Below, one piece after another: positions 18,616 to 29,500 of a stretch of DNA of 44,685 bases (position 1 is its first letter; each line of letters starts with the position of its first letter). Location of the stretch: positions 1 through 44,685 of the forward strand of contig JAMCRN010000014.1 in NCBI GenBank assembly GCA_023380585.1. Direction: 5' to 3'. Source of the stretch: Candidatus Parvarchaeota archaeon (GTDB taxonomy: Archaea > Nanobdellota > Nanobdellia > Parvarchaeales > Parvarchaeaceae). A program made the translations under genes and the position numbers. Under the pieces are notes generated by a model. That model did not search any database and was not told where the DNA came from. It saw nothing but the letters and a program-made list of their open reading frames with translations.

Positions 18616-21600
18616 CAGCTCGTTGAGTTAGAAAAGTTTATGTTTACGGTTCCGGCGGCTGGGGCTACTCCGGAAACAGGCGAGGGAGTGTATACTGTAG
18701 TGCATCCTGATGAAGAATTCTGCGTATCGAGGACAGTAAAATCGTTGTTCCCATTAGACAACGTATATATCTGGGAGATATTTGAACGGACTATGTTCCC
18801 GCCGTAATCCACTCCCCACTCTGATACGCTCAGGACCTGCTGCGGTATGCCTGTTTCTATGAACGTAGTCGGCTTATATATCGAAAGGAATGAACTGACA
18901 GGGTTTTTTATCTGGTATATTCTTACCGGGACTATATTGTAGCTCTTTGGAGAGACAAGAAGAGTATAACTTATGTTCCATACAGTCGGCAGATTATACG
19001 CACGATAATATTGGGACCTCACGGAATAAGTAGAATTACCAGGACTCTGATATATACAGTTTATAACGTATCCATAAAGAAGGTTGTTGATCTGGTTACA
19101 GCCTTCATCGTAAGTTATATTGAAAGACCAGCTTTTCGTGCGACCAGGATATGTGGATGTAAATATCCTTGGAGAACCGTTAGGGCATGTTGAATTCAAT
19201 TGGACTGCATTAGAAACGCTGTCGAATACTTGGACGGATGGAGGAGAAGTGCTGCCGTTTTCGCTTATGCTGTAGAATTGTATAGCATGAAGGCCTGAAT
19301 TTAGCTGACCCAATGAGAAATATAGACCATTGGAGTACTCAGGTGGCAGTGATTGCCCTGAACAAAGTTGTCCTTCTCCTAGGTTGAATAAACCGTAATC
19401 CCCCTGGAACTTTGAGCCTAGACAGTTCTGAGACGTACCTCCCGTGAATATGTTCATGGCGTAATCGAAAACGCTCCCGTTGACAAAGCCAGGTATTCCG
19501 CTTATCCCGAAATAAGGGTTCTGTAAAAGTATCGTATTCAGCATGTCATACGGATAGAAAGAGGACTCCGACAGGGACTGTTTCTGGTTATTTGATATTA
19601 GCAAGTCTGCCGGATAAAGCTGCGTTACCAAGTTTATAAGCTCCTGTTGTGAGACTGACAGGCTTGTGAAGTAATCATCTCTGACAGGATTGACGAAATA
19701 CCCACTCGGTATCGATACGTTTAATGGCAAAGTAGTGGATATTATACCAAAACCTACACCTGTGTCTAAAGACGTCCTGTTGTCATACTGCACCACAAAT
19801 GAAGCGTTGGTGTTTAATGAAGCCGGATAATGATAAGCTATACATTTATTGGATAAAGTAGGTGGATAATAACCAGGTGATGAAAAGGAGTTGCAGCCTG
19901 TCGGCGTACTGCCGTACTGAGGGCCGCTTACTGTCACGTTATCAGTCGATGAAGTTATGTATATTGCAGTACCCTGGTTTACACAGGAGAAGTCAACGCC
20001 TGTACTTATCGTTCCTGATGCGTAGTTACTGGAACAGGACAATATGCTTCCTGAGTACCCTGTAGGGCAGCTGTAAGTCTGGTAGAACTGACTGTTTCCA
20101 TCTGGATTTGTTGTTATAGTTGGAGCTGTGACGTTGAATGCATCCCTTCCCGCTTCGCAGCCACCTACTTCTGGTATTCCGCTTGGGTTTATAGTATTGA
20201 AGGTCGTGCCAGGCTGCCATGTCCACCCTTCACTCTGCACATTTTTCTCTATGAGAGCAGAAGAATTCCCACACGTATAATTCGACAATAGATAGGTAGA
20301 TTCTGATTGTTTTGTGTTTATGCTGAAATCGCTTATTTCTATGCTGTCTGATTTGACCCCAGAAGCAGTTATAGAACATGTTCCTGTAAGATTGTTCTCG
20401 CTGGAAGATATTGGAGATGAGGAGAAAGAGGCTTCGCAGTTGCCGGATGTGCTGGGATATGTGCATGAAAAACTAGTATTAGTGTTTGACGATGAAACAA
20501 ACCATCCACTGCATGAAAACGAAGGTTGGAGCGGTTTTGTAGGAGCCGAACTGCTGTTGAAAAGATAGCTTGATAATGATACCGAGAGACTGCTTGCTTT
20601 TTTCGGAGAAGAGGAAGAAAACGACAATGTGCCGTTTGTAGGCGCGCATGAATATTGTATATTGTTGATATCTCCTACGAAACAGCCACCGCCTATAGGA
20701 TAATTCGTTCCTGTATACACTCCATTAGAGCTATAATTATAGTTGTTGGGGTTAGATTCTGGTATCGCTTCTATAGAATCATAAGAACCGGCTTGAGGCA
20801 TAACTGGGGGGGCTGGTTTTATGCAGGATGTATAGTTATATACGCTGTCGTTTATCGGACAGGAATCTATGAATGTCTGGTTAGATGGAAGATATAGTAT
20901 ACTATTTATCCCGATTGAAGCTGTATGGGAGACTATGTAATTCTCACTTGGGTTCGATGATTGGTATTGGACGTAGCTCCCATTCACGAACAATTCAGGT
21001 CCTTCCCCTGGTATAGGAGTCTGGCCTGAAATTGAGCAAGCATCATATAAAGTACCATCGTTTGCTGAGAAGTTGCCTGGCTTGTATAGAAAGCCTACGG
21101 TTTCACCGCTCTGTGCGTTGTAAAGATTCGACGAAGACGTAGCCGGAGAGGAGAATCCTTCGGTATACGTAGGGCTCCCTGAATACAAACAGTACTGCGG
21201 TCCTGCTTTCGGATTTATATCAGAGGAAGTTATGTTTACAAGGCTTTCTGTTCCAGATGTAGTGACAGTCGTAGTGCATGAATTGACAAACGATGGATTT
21301 GGTGCGGTCCCATTCTTTGTATATTCTTTTTGTACTGTCACCGTATTATAGCCCAGGTATCCTACAGAAATAGGAGGGCTTACACTGGCGACTTGCCCTG
21401 TGCTTGCTGCAGCGTATGAAAAGTTATCTATCAAGTTGTTCTGAATGTTGAAGTCTATCGCTGGCCCGGAAGTCTGTATCTGGTCTGTTATTACATTAGA
21501 ACCATCGTATACGCAATAGATACTTACGACGTTTTGGGAAGGACTAGTCGTTTGATAAAGCTTATTTGAATCATAATTTATGTTTCCAAACCCTGTTTCC

Positions 21601-24600
21601 TTCCATACCGCTGTCTGGGAGCTAGTATATGAAACATCGAAGCATGCGGCTACAGGGCCGTATCCTGATTCTGATATCACAGGGGATGATGAGGAAACAT
21701 TATTAAATAGCAGAGTGCCTATATCATTTCCATTTATATTAAAATCGCTGATACACGGACCAAAACCGGACTTACAATCCGATTCTATAGTCCCGGAATA
21801 GTTCGAATACGCGAACCCTACGCTGTAAGGGGTCTGGGATAGATTTATCCAGGATACAGAAACGTTCAATGGCGGCGGAGTCCCTTCCAATATCATATAA
21901 TTTGTTACTCCTGGTCTTGAAACAAATACGTAGCTACAGTCACCTTGTATGTTCGGGAGAGTCTGGAACGGCAATTCTGAATAAGGATACGGACTGTTGG
22001 TTACCACTTTTATACCCTGGCATGAATAAGTGCCCTTCGGCATTGAAAACACGACTGGCGCAGGTGGAGATGTATACGGAATGGAGAGATTTTCCTCCGC
22101 CGTCGGGGAATCGGCTGCGGCTGAAGGGTCTATTATTAGGAAAGCTCCTGCAGACGGAGAGGGTATGCTTGGAAGGAATATGTTCTTTGTTATTTCCTGG
22201 CCGCCGGATTCCTGCGTAAAGTTTATAGAATAATTCCCACCTGCTTCTATAGTACACTTCCCCGTATAATTCAAAAAGCCATCGCTTATTACTTGATTAT
22301 ATAAGCCGCAGCCTACGCTTGACTGACCGTATGCGCTTAAGTTAACGTCCTGCGAATTCAGCGGTAGATCGTCTTCTGTTATATATAGTTCATTATTGGC
22401 CTGGCTCTGGACTGCCTGGCCTAGGCCTATGTCTCCGCTTCCGAGATAAGCATTGTTAGAATCGTTGATGAAAACCGCCCTTATAGCCTGAAATGACTTA
22501 TTAAGATAACAGATTATGGTCCCGTTTTCGAGAAGATATTCTCCGTTTGAGACTTGCGAAGCACCGACGTCCGCTATAGGAGTGTTTGGTACGCTGTTTT
22601 CTATATTGCAGGAGAATGGAGTATCATTCAAATAATACAGGAAAAGTTTGGAATCTTTTAAATATCTTGTCGAAGGGGTAAACGAGAACAAAAGCGAAAA
22701 GCCTTTCCCTATGTTACCGCTTATATTCAGAGTAGTAGAATAAGTCCCGCTGCTGCTCGCTATGAAATTAGTTATATTGCTTGAGACAGGTGCCGTCCCG
22801 CCGTAAGTCTCATTTGACAGATTAAGATTTGAGTCATTGTACAGTTCGACATTGAACGGCCCGACCTTTGATGTTATCTTCATTACTGTATTGTTTATGA
22901 CTATGTTGCTTAGGCACCCGGAAGAGCTTATAGACGGCGACAAAGAGTCAGAAGACAGCACTCCTGATCCGTTCGTAGTACCGCTGAAACTGCAACTAGA
23001 CCCATCGCTTAAAGTAACAATTACGGGGTTACCAGAATACGTGCTTGTGTTCTGGAGATTTTGATATCCGACTATCTTTAACAGTGATCTATTGCTGAAG
23101 ATATTAGAGGCCTCCAATGCGAAACCGTAACTGCCTATAGGCACACCACTATATGTCAATGTCACATTCGAGCTTAACGCTGATGAAACGTGGCTAGTGT
23201 TTGACAATATATTATCTAAAGAGCCATTGCCCAGGTATACGAAAGCCTGTCTGTTTGATTCGGCAATAGAACTGTTTATTTCCGGTTTCTCTAATTGGAA
23301 TGACGCTATTGAACTTTGATACGCAGGAATATTGTTGAATGAAAGGCCTACGCTGTCGGAATATGGCATGAACAGAAGACCTCTCCACCTGGTTATTAGG
23401 ATGTTGTCAGGCGTAGAGTTGTAGTTGTAAAAAGCTTGTGTAGCATATTTTATGTTTGGAGAAGAAGCTGCCTGACTTAGCCAGAAGACACTGAAGTCAT
23501 TAAGGTTGTCCTGTGACGCAAAGCACGATACACTTGAGCCACTAAGAGGATTCGGTATCCTAGTCGGATGAGCTTTACATTGACCAGGAAGAGGATTCGT
23601 AGTGCAGTACGGATTCTTACTCTCATATGTAAGATTTACCAGTCCGCTTCCTGTCAAAGCCAATATATCAGTAGAAACTGTCGCCGTTATAGAGTTTTGG
23701 GTGTTGTTAGCGGCGGTCAATGATACGTTGAAATTATTGAAGTATACTGTGCTTGACTGGAAAGGACTTGTACTAAAGTTCGTATTTTCATAACTGACTA
23801 TGTACTGCCATGTCGGAGAAGGCATACCAGAAGGACTCAGCACCTCGTTGTTGTGGTAATACGAGCCGTTCCTCTGTCCAGATGCGACAAGAGGGTCCAC
23901 TTTGAACCCAGTGCCTATAGTGTTGGTTGGATTGTTAGATACTCCGCTGCCTGAAGCCCATGATACATTGAAGAGATTACCGAAGAAGACGCTCATATTG
24001 AATCTCCCGGCCAAAAGAGCCTCGAATAATGGCATCGGTATCTCTACTGTAAAAGTCGCAGTACCGTTCGGGATTATAAGAGGCAGTTGTGTATTATTCG
24101 AATCGGAATGAACCAAGAACGTATTTGCAGTCCTTATAACGTCTTTGCCTGACGACGGATAATACATCCAGAGGCCAAGAAGCGAATTGTTGTAAGGACC
24201 ATTCTCATAGTATGGAGCTGAGAACAGAGACTGTATCGGTATGGGATTAAGTGGAAATCCTGGCTTATAAACATACATGTCAGTCTGGAATGTCTTATTG
24301 TATCTTACTTCTATAACTCCGGTGGTTTCATGCTGTATCTGGCTTATAAAATCTGTGTACAAACCATAGTTCTGTATCTCAGAGTTCCCACTGTTTGAAG
24401 AATAGAACATCTGCGTAGCGTTCGTGTCTCTAAAAAGTACCACAAGATATGGGTCGTTTATATCCTGCGTACCAACGTTTTTGACAGTTATCACCAGCGA
24501 GGCATAAGAACTGTTAGAGCTGAAGCTCGGACAATCATATGTCTTTTGAAGGAATGTTGTGGAATTCGCCACTGGGTCAGAAAGGCTCTTCTTCCCGTCA

Positions 24601-26528
24601 AACAACCCACAGTACTGCCCCGCATTGTTTGCTATGAATATAGAATTTATCCATGCATCTGTCACTTTAGACGTTATCCCACTAGGCGTGCATGCCAGTC
24701 CCGAGGAGAATATACCGTCCTTGAAGTTAAGGAGATTATTATACTGCGGGGAAAAACAGTTAGAGCTGTTGAAGAAAGCGTTGCACTTTCCTATGTCAGA
24801 CGTGTAGTTCTCGGCAGAAGTCGGAGGCACTATCCTTGTATATGAAGGAGGCGTATAGACCCCAGTGACAGTGCTAAAATTCTCCCCGAAGAAACACATG
24901 CTGTCCAAAGCATCCTGCGTAAAGGCATTAAGTTGGCTAGAGTCGTTTGCAGGAGAGAACGGCTGAAGGTCAAGGTAATTAAACTGCAGGTTCTCTGATT
25001 CAGTAGTTGTGGACGGAGAAGTCCTTGTAACTGGAGCGGTTGTCGTGCCCATATTTCCATCCCAGTAGCGCTGGTACGAAACGTGATTTACAGAATTTGG
25101 GTCTTCGAATGTGCAGTTTGAGTAAAAAATGTTCGGAGCAGCTTCTAATCCGCAAAAAGGAAATATGACTCCTGTCTTGAAGTAATCATATAAAAACAAC
25201 CCGTATGTGCCGGTCTGCACTTCTGGATAATAACCTGCGTTTAGATTAGGCAATGTATATCCGCTGACAGAACTGCTCTGTGTCATTTCATTGAATTTTT
25301 GAGTGGTGTCTAATCCGTAATAACCGCTGCCTTGAGGCGGAAGAAAACTCATGACGGAGGTATTGCTTATGTACACGCCGACAGGAGAAGAGCTTGAAGA
25401 ATCGAGCTGCATGTCTATAGACGTATTGAAGAAGGATGAGACGTTTATGTACTGGGAATCTCCAGCATTTCCCGCAGGGAACTTGGCATATCCGATTGCA
25501 GGATTTGTATGCGGTGTCTCCTGTGATAACAATTGCAGTTTATAGACTAAAAATGCGTCATTGGACCATACAGGCCATCCTGCGGACGTAGGCCCAGAAA
25601 GACTGATTATATACGTCGCAAGATAACCCGGATGATCAAATGAAGCGAGGCCGATCGAAGGAGTGAAACCACTAAGCGACTCTATGTAGTATAAACTGTC
25701 AAAGAGAGAATTGTAGTCAGAGGACAGTGGAAACGAACTTCCACATGAAATAGCAGGTATTATTATGGAACTGTCTTTTGCGGCCTGTATTGGTGTATGC
25801 GATGATGTGTACCCGCCGGTATTAAAACTATTATTTATGGCATAGTAATAATTTCCTCCACTCCCAGTATATTTGAACAATGTATTATTTGCACTCCAAT
25901 TAAAGAAGTTTGGGTACGGTGCTGCAGGAGGTAGACAAGTGTATGGTGTCCCGGGAGCCAAAGGCGAGACTACTGCTGATATTATGTTTGGGAAGTCATA
26001 TGTCCCCGAGGGGGGAATCGGATCGTAGCATGTCAATGGTGGTGAAGATTCTGCTACAGGATAGCCGATATATCCGACGACATAGCTGTAATTCTTTGTC
26101 TCGATCTTCCCTGGTTTTTCGCATGGATACGGGATGCCATTGAAGTAACACGTTCCTATATACCCAGAACCTATGTACTTGTCAGAGGAGCAGTAAAATT
26201 GATTCGAATTTTGATACTGAGAGATGTTCCCATACGTAAATTTTTCTTCCAGTTGTAGCTGATTGGAATTAAAGCCGGGGCCTTGGGTTATCTCGTTTTC
26301 CGTTATTAGACTTGAGACTGGCGGAGGAGTAGAACTAAAAGAAGATATCCTACTTGCATCTGTTTTCGGGGAGCTGTATACCTGGAAGAACGGTGCGCTG
26401 GCAGTTATTTGTTGAGCCACATGAGCTTCAGCGCCGGTCCCGCCAGTTAGGATAGCCGTCATCCGGATAGAGAGCCCTAACACAAGGACTAATGCTACAA
26501 AGATCAAAAGCACATCGACTCTATCCAT
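17865..26528 (-). CDS. Giant (2887 aa) secreted/N-anchored Ser/Thr/Asn/Cys-rich surface protein
   Basis: Uninterrupted 8.66-kb ORF; N-terminal hydrophobic helix; dense N-x-S/T sequons and spaced cysteines; three C-terminal F.ESG....W.VTYD repeats; AGGAGGGAG SD at 26532-26540. Confidence 0.9.
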   Translation of the reverse strand: MDRVDVLLIFVALVLVLGLSIRMTAILTGGTGAEAHVAQQITASAPFFQVYSSPKTDASRISSFSSTPPPVSSLITENEITQGPGFNSNQLQLEEKFTYGNISQYQNSNQFYCSSDKYIGSGYIGTCYFNGIPYPCEKPGKIETKNYSYVVGYIGYPVAESSPPLTCYDPIPPSGTYDFPNIISAVVSPLAPGTPYTCLPPAAPYPNFFNWSANNTLFKYTGSGGNYYYAINNSFNTGGYTSSHTPIQAAKDSSIIIPAISCGSSFPLSSDYNSLFDSLYYIESLSGFTPSIGLASFDHPGYLATYIISLSGPTSAGWPVWSNDAFLVYKLQLLSQETPHTNPAIGYAKFPAGNAGDSQYINVSSFFNTSIDMQLDSSSSSPVGVYISNTSVMSFLPPQGSGYYGLDTTQKFNEMTQSSSVSGYTLPNLNAGYYPEVQTGTYGLFLYDYFKTGVIFPFCGLEAAPNIFYSNCTFEDPNSVNHVSYQRYWDGNMGTTTAPVTRTSPSTTTESENLQFNYLDLQPFSPANDSSQLNAFTQDALDSMCFFGENFSTVTGVYTPPSYTRIVPPTSAENYTSDIGKCNAFFNSSNCFSPQYNNLLNFKDGIFSSGLACTPSGITSKVTDAWINSIFIANNAGQYCGLFDGKKSLSDPVANSTTFLQKTYDCPSFSSNSSYASLVITVKNVGTQDINDPYLVVLFRDTNATQMFYSSNSGNSEIQNYGLYTDFISQIQHETTGVIEVRYNKTFQTDMYVYKPGFPLNPIPIQSLFSAPYYENGPYNNSLLGLWMYYPSSGKDVIRTANTFLVHSDSNNTQLPLIIPNGTATFTVEIPMPLFEALLAGRFNMSVFFGNLFNVSWASGSGVSNNPTNTIGTGFKVDPLVASGQRNGSYYHNNEVLSPSGMPSPTWQYIVSYENTNFSTSPFQSSTVYFNNFNVSLTAANNTQNSITATVSTDILALTGSGLVNLTYESKNPYCTTNPLPGQCKAHPTRIPNPLSGSSVSCFASQDNLNDFSVFWLSQAASSPNIKYATQAFYNYNSTPDNILITRWRGLLFMPYSDSVGLSFNNIPAYQSSIASFQLEKPEINSSIAESNRQAFVYLGNGSLDNILSNTSHVSSALSSNVTLTYSGVPIGSYGFALEASNIFSNRSLLKIVGYQNLQNTSTYSGNPVIVTLSDGSSCSFSGTTNGSGVLSSDSLSPSISSSGCLSNIVINNTVMKITSKVGPFNVELYNDSNLNLSNETYGGTAPVSSNITNFIASSSGTYSTTLNISGNIGKGFSLLFSFTPSTRYLKDSKLFLYYLNDTPFSCNIENSVPNTPIADVGASQVSNGEYLLENGTIICYLNKSFQAIRAVFINDSNNAYLGSGDIGLGQAVQSQANNELYITEDDLPLNSQDVNLSAYGQSSVGCGLYNQVISDGFLNYTGKCTIEAGGNYSINFTQESGGQEITKNIFLPSIPSPSAGAFLIIDPSAAADSPTAEENLSIPYTSPPAPVVFSMPKGTYSCQGIKVVTNSPYPYSELPFQTLPNIQGDCSYVFVSRPGVTNYMILEGTPPPLNVSVSWINLSQTPYSVGFAYSNYSGTIESDCKSGFGPCISDFNINGNDIGTLLFNNVSSSSPVISESGYGPVAACFDVSYTSSQTAVWKETGFGNINYDSNKLYQTTSPSQNVVSIYCVYDGSNVITDQIQTSGPAIDFNIQNNLIDNFSYAAASTGQVASVSPPISVGYLGYNTVTVQKEYTKNGTAPNPSFVNSCTTTVTTSGTESLVNITSSDINPKAGPQYCLYSGSPTYTEGFSSPATSSSNLYNAQSGETVGFLYKPGNFSANDGTLYDACSISGQTPIPGEGPELFVNGSYVQYQSSNPSENYIVSHTASIGINSILYLPSNQTFIDSCPINDSVYNYTSCIKPAPPVMPQAGSYDSIEAIPESNPNNYNYSSNGVYTGTNYPIGGGCFVGDINNIQYSCAPTNGTLSFSSSSPKKASSLSVSLSSYLFNSSSAPTKPLQPSFSCSGWFVSSSNTNTSFSCTYPSTSGNCEASFSSSPISSSENNLTGTCSITASGVKSDSIEISDFSINTKQSESTYLLSNYTCGNSSALIEKNVQSEGWTWQPGTTFNTINPSGIPEVGGCEAGRDAFNVTAPTITTNPDGNSQFYQTYSCPTGYSGSILSCSSNYASGTISTGVDFSCVNQGTAIYITSSTDNVTVSGPQYGSTPTGCNSFSSPGYYPPTLSNKCIAYHYPASLNTNASFVVQYDNRTSLDTGVGFGIISTTLPLNVSIPSGYFVNPVRDDYFTSLSVSQQELINLVTQLYPADLLISNNQKQSLSESSFYPYDMLNTILLQNPYFGISGIPGFVNGSVFDYAMNIFTGGTSQNCLGSKFQGDYGLFNLGEGQLCSGQSLPPEYSNGLYFSLGQLNSGLHAIQFYSISENGSTSPPSVQVFDSVSNAVQLNSTCPNGSPRIFTSTYPGRTKSWSFNITYDEGCNQINNLLYGYVINCIYQSPGNSTYSVRSQYYRAYNLPTVWNISYTLLVSPKSYNIVPVRIYQIKNPVSSFLSIYKPTTFIETGIPQQVLSVSEWGVDYGGNIVRSNISQIYTLSNGNNDFTVLDTQNSSSGCTTVYTPSPVSGVAPAAGTVNINFSNSTSCVTTFTESGLPAGTQWNVTYDSILNLSSTSTITVESPAGSYSFSVPTGFVVSGTCYVASPASGSLTAGGTQNIAFSASSDCSAVFSESGILNTQWSVTYDGVKKTSLSGTITFLEPQGTYSFLVPVVSEGGCKYSPSPSSGSLSTGSTQKISFSGSGSCTSYFKETGVPSGHSWTVTYDFQTHSSTSSTISFSSIPAGTHSFSVPIVLLSCSSGQTDTTEYRPSPSSGSLTAGGTQSIKFTGVRVPCVTT

Positions 26529-26592
26529 TTTCTCCCTCCTTGCTTAGGCCAATTTTACAAGTCATTTTGGATATAAATTTTTTCATAGATTA

Positions 26593-29500
26593 TCAAGTCA
26601 CCGAAGACCAGCTGTAAAACGGGCCGGACACTCCTATTATATTAAAATCAGGATACAGCGGATTAAAGTTATGATAGAGCGAATCAAGACTGGGTTGCGG
26701 AGGGTACGGAGAATAAGTCGCGTTTAGAATGGTTATTTTAAGGGACGGACTAGTAGTGATGCATGCGAATTGGGAATAGTACTTGGATAACGTAGAATTA
26801 TATACATATGGCGGCTGTGGCTCGAAGTTAGTCAGATTAAGAGAGCCGTCAGAATATGAAGGAGCGTATTTATGCTGGTCTTTTGGGTAGAAAAAGTTGA
26901 AAGCAGTGTTATGAAGAGACGAAGACGAAAAGAATACGGGGAAGACTCCAAGGCCATTGTCTGCCATAGCTCCTGAGTAAGCTGCGCCGTTACCGTATAC
27001 TATGTATACGTAGGATGGCATGTTCTTTGATAAGTTTATCCAAAGGACACCACCATTCTGCATAGGAGTCTGGTTCCACCAGTATAGCTGCTGCACGGAA
27101 CCCGAAGAATAGACTCCGAATACCTTCAAAAATCCATTAGAGAGGGAGCCGAAATTGAAATCTTCGTTAAGTATTACCTCAAGTTGATAGGCGCTAGACG
27201 GTTTGACGCTGCTGTTGATCACTAGTTCATTGTAATAAGTGCCTGCGTCTGTTGACAGTCCAAAAGAAGAGTTAAGGTCTTTATTAAGATTAGAAGCTGG
27301 GTAAGCGGGATATGATATTTTTACAGGATTGTATCCAGGTATCAGATCGTGCACAAACATATAACTGATCATGTCCTCCGCTGTACCGGCTCCGGTCGAA
27401 AAGCCGATAAAACCTGGAGCATTTAAAGGCAGACTGGATGCTAGGTCTCCATTTATACCTGTCTGGTTGATCGAGTTCACGGAGAAATACATTTCACAAG
27501 ATGATGAAGACATGCAGTACTTGTTCAACTGTAAATTCTGGATATGATTTGTAACTGCTCCGCTGTCCGACGCTGATAACAATACCTCTCCGTAATCATT
27601 AGAATAATTATATATTGCATTTGTATCGCCAGATGCAGGAAGCTTTACTATATAGAACGGGTCTGAAAGTGAGCTGTATCTGCTCAAAAGAAGATCGAAG
27701 GACGGAGAAGGGCCGTTTATCTTCACTCCTAAGTCTAAACTGAAGTTCTGACCGACAGGTATTCCACTACCGTTTATGGCTGCGATCGTCCAATTCCGAT
27801 ATGACTCTTTATTCGGCAGAGAGCCGCCACCATATACAGAAATGAACTCATAATTAAGATTGGATGAAGTAAAGTTATCTCCATCTACTACGACATAGTT
27901 CGGGCATGAATTGTCACGTGTTATCCAATTTTGGTACGAGAACCCGTCAAACTTATAATACGGACAGAAATAATATGATGAGCCGCTGACCTTACGACAA
28001 TATTCTCCGTTGAAAGCAGACGCGTTTATAGTCTGCTCTACTGCTTGGTTTGTGGTCTCCAGACTTGAGATGCATGTGCTGTTAAGAAAGATCTTGGATG
28101 TGACTGGGGCGCAGTTTATATAGGCAGTACCGTTCTCCAGAAAAGCCTGATTGAATCCTGGGTACCCTGTGGTGTAAGGAGTGCCTTGCAACCCGCAATT
28201 TTCGGAGGGAGTTAGATTTAGACCGTTTTGGTATGCGAAATTTATGGATATCGGTATGCCCAAAAGCTCGCTTTGCTGCGCGTTGTTTACGGACCTCGTG
28301 CTTACTGAGAAATTATAGCTTACAGAAGAATTGTATTTGGAGTAATCACTGCACGACGGAGCTTCTTCTGCGTGGACTGAGAGATTAAGAACGTTGATGT
28401 TTATAGGAGAACCTGATAAAAACGACAACTCTATCGGCATCTGATGGTTAAACAGGTTATTCAGATCAGACTTTATAGTACTGGACAGAAGGTCCCTGCA
28501 GAAGACTAGATCAGATGAGTTGTATGAACAATTGTATATGTACGTGCCGTCATAGTACTGCCTTACCCTGCTCAACTGTTGTATGATATAGTTCTCTCCG
28601 TTCGGAGAACCTAAACTAAGCAATAAGGAGGAATACCAGTCATATTTTGGCTGGCCGTTTACCGAGACTGTTCTAAGGTTGACACCGTGCACCACATACG
28701 TCAAATAGTCATATAGAGAGTACTGTGGGAATCCGGTTATGTTAGTATCGCCTAACGGAAAGCTCTGGTTGACGAAGGCAGCGCCTAGCTGCATTACCTG
28801 GCTTAAATAATTATTATCGGAAAAGTAGCCAGAAAGACTGAGGCAGTTGCGGAGAGTGAAGGCAGACTCATCATATGACACGCAGATCTGCGGATTGTAA
28901 AGCGGAAACATGGAAACTGACACGTATAGGGGTTTATTGTTTGGGAAGAGAAGGTCCTCAGTACCGGCCTGCTGGAATTGGTTTATTAAGTACTTGTAAT
29001 AGATAAAATTCGGCTGCAGAGGCAAAACCGCAAAGCTTTCCGGCGATATATCAAATATGCCGTTCACAGTAGCCGTCACACTGAAAGTGTAGCTTGTGCC
29101 ATCGAAGACGAACACGGAATTATTGGTCAATGATATCTGCGCCTGCTCCCCTGCAGCGATATCCTGCTTTTCCGCTTGTATAAGAGTGTACACGTTTTGT
29201 GACTGAAGAGGAGTAAGGTAGAAAGCAGTGCCACTTGAGGAGGTATTCGTGTATATTATCCCTGTTTCTCCGTCTGGAAAAGTCACAAGTGCGTATTGCG
29301 AATTCGGGGATTCCCCCGAACCTGCGAAGAAAGCGCTTACAGCTGTTGGTTCCGATATTACTCCTGATATAAGGTCCGCCTCCGGCAGGAAACTGAAAGA
29401 TTTTCCCTCCAATAGAAAATTCACGCCAGTAGGTCCGGAGAAGGATATCAAACTGCCGCTGCCGCAGCTTGGTCCTGTGGAGTTGCACACTGTCACTGAG

